Positions 59,025-64,000 of a stretch of DNA of 64,000 nucleotides are shown here, piece by piece. The position numbers and the translations under genes were made by a program. Within the stretch, counting starts at the first letter, position 1; each line of letters begins with the position of its first letter. The notes beneath the pieces are model-generated. The model searched no databases. It had not been told where the DNA came from and saw only the letters and a list, made by a program, of their open reading frames with translations. Source of the DNA: Hormiphora californensis (Eukaryota; Animalia; Ctenophora); assembly GCA_020137815.1 (NCBI GenBank), contig CM035356.1, positions 4,836,001-4,900,000 of the forward strand, given 5' to 3'.

Positions 59025-60446
59025 ATGTCTAAGCCTTCTAAGCCAACTTTGGAGACACTAGCACAGCAAGTGCAAGGTTTGACACTAAGTGTGTCGGGAC
59101 TGTCTCAGCGAGTGGCCGAAAACCAGCGTCTTTTTGAGGAGAACATGCGGCTGAAAGACGTGGTCCTTGATCTGGAGTATAGACTGAGGGAGAACACCCA
59201 GCGGACAACTGATCTTAGCGCCCTGAGGAACGCCCTGGAGAAGAAGTTTGGTCCTGCTGATTTACCCCAAATTAACCCAATCCCAATATCAATTTATTGC
59301 AACGGCAGCGGCAACGCAAATAGCTCAGTGCTCACATCTGCGAATAAGTCGGGCGGTAAGGACTCCAAAACAGAATCAGGTCAGTTTAGCTCCCTGATCT
59401 TTGTCCTTTACTAGCCTCGCATCCTACGGGCTCCCTAACCCCCTCGTTCCCTCCTAGGTACCTCTGAAAAGAAGGACACTGCGGAGAATAAGGACTCGAC
59501 AGAGAAGAAGGACACGAAGGAGAACGAAAAAGAACAGAGTGCAGAGGCTGAGGGAGACGACTCTAAGAAACCCGAGGAGGACCAGGAGGAAGAGGATGAG
59601 GATAAACCAAAGATTCCGGACGTTAGGCCCGATCAGTTGATAAAGAACACCAAGACAATCGACATGAATCATAAAATTGAGATCCCGAGCTCAATTTGGG
59701 ACCAAGGTCTGGTGTGTGGTATCGTCCGTCTGACACTGCAGCACTGCCAACTGACAGTAATACCGGAGCAAGTGTTCACACTGAGATGCACCCTCAAGGA
59801 GCTGGAACTGGGCCAGAACAAGCTCAAGGAGGTTCCTGCGGATATCGGAAGGATGAAGAAACTGACGAAACTAACGCTCAACCACAACCAAATCACTGAT
59901 CTTCCTAAGGAACTAGGGTAAGTTTTATAATGGGGGAGTGGGGACAGGGGTGGGATATTGGGGTCTGACGTTTGCTTTTGTAAATTGAAAGTAATAACTG
60001 TGTCCCTCCAGGAAACTCGCTAACTTGGAGGATCTGAACCTGAGTCACAACAAATTTGCAGAGGTTCCTGAGTCCGTGTTTCAACTCAAAGCACTCTGCT
60101 CTCTGATTCTAGCCAACAACCAGCTATCCAAAATAGAGGTAAGATTTTGTGTCACCCAAGGTGTGTGTATGTGTAATTTCACCCCAAGTGCGTGTCACCC
60201 AATATTTCTAACAATCTCTCTGTGTTTCAGGCCATGAAGTTGGTTCCTCTGAAGGCGTTGACGTTATTGAGCATTGAAAACAACAACTTAAGTAGGCTCG
60301 CAAACGAGATCGGCCTCATCCCAAATCTGAAGACAATCATGGTTTCGGGTAATGCCTTCAGGATACCCAATACAACCCTCATAGCTAAAGGGAGCGCTGC
60401 AGTCCTTGAATACCTAAGGAATAGATGTCCTGGGCTTGAGCAATAA
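59025..60446 (+). CDS. LRRC40-like leucine-rich repeat protein, paralogue 2; exons 59025-59379, 59458-59918, 60012-60138, 60230-60446
   Basis: Same intron positions and high identity to paralogue 1. Confidence 0.8.
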
Positions 60447-61094
60447 GTGTTTCATACACCAAAGTTGCGGAAATGAATTGTATCATGTATCACTGTATTT
60501 TACATCGTTTCGAAAAAAGATTATTTTCAATGTTATGGAACAAATTTAATACCAGTCGCACAACCTTGGCATAAAACCCTTGATAGTGAAACTGTGGTGA
60601 CCATGGTCTAGGCAGTAGGCGGAAAGCGGAGTGTGATGAAGAGGATGTACGATGGCTCTCATTACCTCTCTCCCTGTTTCTCAATCATCTATCTCTCTGT
60701 TTCTCACTCTCCGTTTCTCTCTGTGTTTTGTACTCAGTCTCGTAACTTTTGTAACCCTGCTAGGCATCTGTCTCTCCCCTCACACCCCTGCTAGCAGCTA
60801 GGCTCCTGTCTCGCCCCTCACATCCCCCTGGGAGGCTCGTGCCTCTCCCCTCACGGCCCACATCCCCCAGTAAGACAGATTCTGGAGAGGGGAAGAGTGA
60901 GACAGAAAAAGGGGAATATTATATTCACATAATTATAAAATGCTGGCATATTAAATATATTTTATAGAGATAGCGGCCAGGAAATACCGGTTATGCGGGC
61001 ATCAAAGGGAAGGAGGATGGATAGAGAGAGAGAGAGAGAGAGAGAGGAAAGGAAGCTGGAAGGGGTTGGAGAGAGAACAACCTTCCGAGTGAGT

Positions 61095-61176
<82 letters not shown>

Positions 61177-61295
61177 ACAAGGGAGAATTCAGAAAGAAGG
61201 GAAGAGAGACAAGATAACCGTGTGTCCCTTCTAATTGACAGTTCCGTGACACGACACGCCTCCGCCCTGTGTGTGTGTGAGAATAACATCAAAAT

Positions 61296-64000
61296 ATGTC
61301 ACTACTTTTGCTCTTCTTTGCTGTCCTACTCAGCTCCTCCTCTTGTTCTACAACCGGTGGCCTACTTGACTGTTCAGCCTGTGGAAATGGCACCCGAGAT
61401 TGTATCGAGGATATCTGCACGTGCAAAACGAATGTAATCGGATCAGATTGCACCAAATGCCGTCATGGGACAGTTGGGTTGGAGGTAGAGAATCCAGCGG
61501 GGTGCTCACCGTGCTACTGTTCCGACCACTCTCCCTCATGCTCCCTCCAATCTTGGAGCATTTCCTATGCCGGGGAGTCGTTCGAGGCGAGCCGAGGGGC
61601 GGGGTGGTACGTTCAGGCTATCGGAAATAATCGCACCTCAGAGAATATCCATACCTCATTCGGAGGGAGTTCCGAGTACATCTCCTACACAAGAAACAGG
61701 TATTAGGTTGGTACCTGTATTAGGTTGGGCACGTTGCGTCCCTCACACAAGAAACAGGTAATATATCTCATTTCTTACAAAACAGGTATATATTAGGATT
61801 GAGGTCAAACCTCGAGTGGTTTATGAATCAAGTTGACCAATTAGCTGTTTTTGAGTCGCATGGTTTTGGATACAATAAGCTTGTTTTTTGATGTTCTAAT
61901 ATTTGTATGCAGTGATGAGGTGATAAAAACAACTTCCCCCAGGTGGGAGTTGGAGGCAAATAATTTCTACTGGATTGTACCACCTCAACACTACGGGGAC
62001 TGGTTGAGCAGTTATGGGGGTCGGATATTTTATACCCTACACCTCCGATGTGGATCTGACTTTTCCTGTGGCTTCAACTATGTTAGTATACTATGTATTC
62101 GAGTTTAGAGCAAATAAAGGGGATAAAATCGAGCGGAACACGTGATATTGAGTTTAGGATTGAAAAGCAGACGGGTGTTGTCTTGGTAACGTTGTCCGAT
62201 TCGGTATGCTGACTCGATCTCACACACATTCCACAAAATTGGAGTAGAAGTCTCTTCCCTACTATTTTCTTCGTGGGCTTGAACCCACGACGATAATTAT
62301 GGGTACAATGAACGACTATTTAAATCGATGGCGTCCTCGTTCAATACATCTAAACCACCTAACGATTCCTTTCTCAGGAGCCATGGATAATTCTAACAGG
62401 AGGACTTCCCTCCAGTCTCACCACCCTCCACTACTACAAGTACGAGGGGAAGGGAGAGAAATGGCGGGGATTCAAGGAGATTTCAATACCTCTCCGGGAG
62501 GGGTTTGACGCTGACACATGCTGGATGTACCCTGACTTCACCTGTGCAGACCGCCGAACATTCCTCTCAGTACTGAGCAACATTGTCTCCGTTAAGATCA
62601 AAGGGGGTATCTTCAGGACATCATACGCCATGGCACTTGGTGGGTTTAGGAGAGAGGTGGCACGGCACTCTGGATCTGTTTCGAGGATGGTTGAGGTTTG
62701 CAATTGTCCGGCACCCTACACTGGCACTTCCTGCCACCTATGTCGCGAGGGACTGTGGCATAAGAGCGGCTGGGGATGTAAACCGTGCGATTGTAATGGA
62801 TACAGCCTGAAATGCGACAGTTTCACTGGCTACTGTTCCGATTGTGCGTATGATACAGCCGGTACCCACTGTTCCGAGTGTGCGAGGGGTTTCTACGGTG
62901 TGCCCGATGGTGCCCCTAACCCCTGTAAACCGTGCCCGTGCAATGATCGAGCGGACGCGTGCACCACAACAGAAAGTGGCGGGTTCGGTGAATGTGTTGA
63001 CTGCAAAGATGGGTACACTGGCCGACAGTGTGAGACATGTGCCGATGGTTACTATGGTAACCCAGCCCTCGGTGTTCCATGCCGGGCGTGTGAGTGCAGT
63101 GGAAACATCGACCTCACCGCCCAGGGCAACTGTCATAACGTGACCGGAGAGTGCTTGAGGTGTTTGAACCACACAACGGGTTTCAAATGTGACGAGTGTA
63201 TCCGGGGTTACCATGGTGATGCTACCCGGGGAGCGTGTGTACAGTGTAACTGCAACATGGTTGGGTCCAGGGATAATATTTGTGATCCTCGTAACGGTCA
63301 GTGTAGGTGTAAAGATAATGTGGTGGGGAGATGGTGTGATAGGTGTGAGAAGGAGAACTGGGGATTGTCCAGTGGAGAGGGGTGTCAACCGTGTCAGTGT
63401 GATGTTAGTGGTACCCTTTTCAGGTACGTAACATGCACTATGCAGTTAGTTATAAGAAGGGGTTGGGGTGGCCACCACGTAACATGCAGTTAGTTGTAAT
63501 TTAGGAAGGGGGGGTCAGTGGTACCCTTTTCAGGTACGTAACATGCACAGTTAGTGGTACCCTTTTCAGGTACGTAACATGCAGTTAGTTGTAATTTAGG
63601 AAGGGGGGGGGGTCAGTGGTACCCTTTTCAGGTACGTAACATGTAGTTAGTTGTAATTTAGGAAGGGGGGGGGGGCGGCCACCACTGAATACATGCAGGT
63701 AGTTAGAGTGTAGACTAGTCTGTAGAGGGGAGAGGCGATAGAGAGATGTACAATATACATCGATGTATAGATGTGTGTAGAAATGTGCAGATGTGTAGAT
63801 AACTAATTATTTGGAGGGCTGTCATTACGTATTATATTCTGGGGTAGCTATCTAATAAAACGACATGTTTGCACCATATAGTTGTCTTCAATTCATTGTT
63901 CGTTATATTTCATATTCCTCCTAGGTCACGTGACTGCGACGTGAGAACGGGCCAGTGTGACTGTCGAGCAGATCGGCAATACCGGCGATGTGACGGTTGC
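61296..64000 (+). CDS. laminin-chain-like protein (signal peptide, LE, laminin IV/L4, LE repeats); continues past the window
   Basis: Exons 61296-61699, 61913-62081, 62378-63423, 63925-; SYGG-containing L4-type domain, VEVCNCPAPYTGTSC and serial 8-Cys LE repeats. Confidence 0.85.

Noticed and set aside
62268-62295. B-box-like GGTTCAAGCCC hairpin (tRNA/SINE)
   Set aside because: No A box or cloverleaf found

Overview
Eukaryotic (animal) genomic DNA with short GT-AG introns and abundant (GA)n microsatellites. Gene content and nested intronic genes would fit a ctenophore, but that is inference only. Genes assembled by hand: two convergent DEG/ENaC channel paralogues, CDC23/APC8 (+), a tektin (-), L2HGDH (-), two tandem LRRC40-like LRR genes (+) and the 5' part of a laminin chain lacking an LN domain (+). 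CDC23, tektin and L2HGDH each host an antisense gene inside an intron: a claudin/PMP22-like tetraspan, a secreted acidic Ser-Gly repeat protein, and an Ig/follistatin-Kazal/VWD protein. Non-coding DNA is dominated by non-autonomous fold-back DNA transposons (TA, TTAA and 8-bp target-site classes), including a five-element nest at 5.7-12.8 kb. There are also two Helitrons, a LINE 3' fragment and a family of 21-150 bp micro-elements with 8-bp TSDs. A recurring oddity is tandem duplication centred on splice donors, splice acceptors and stop codons. Exon models are manual and lack transcript support.
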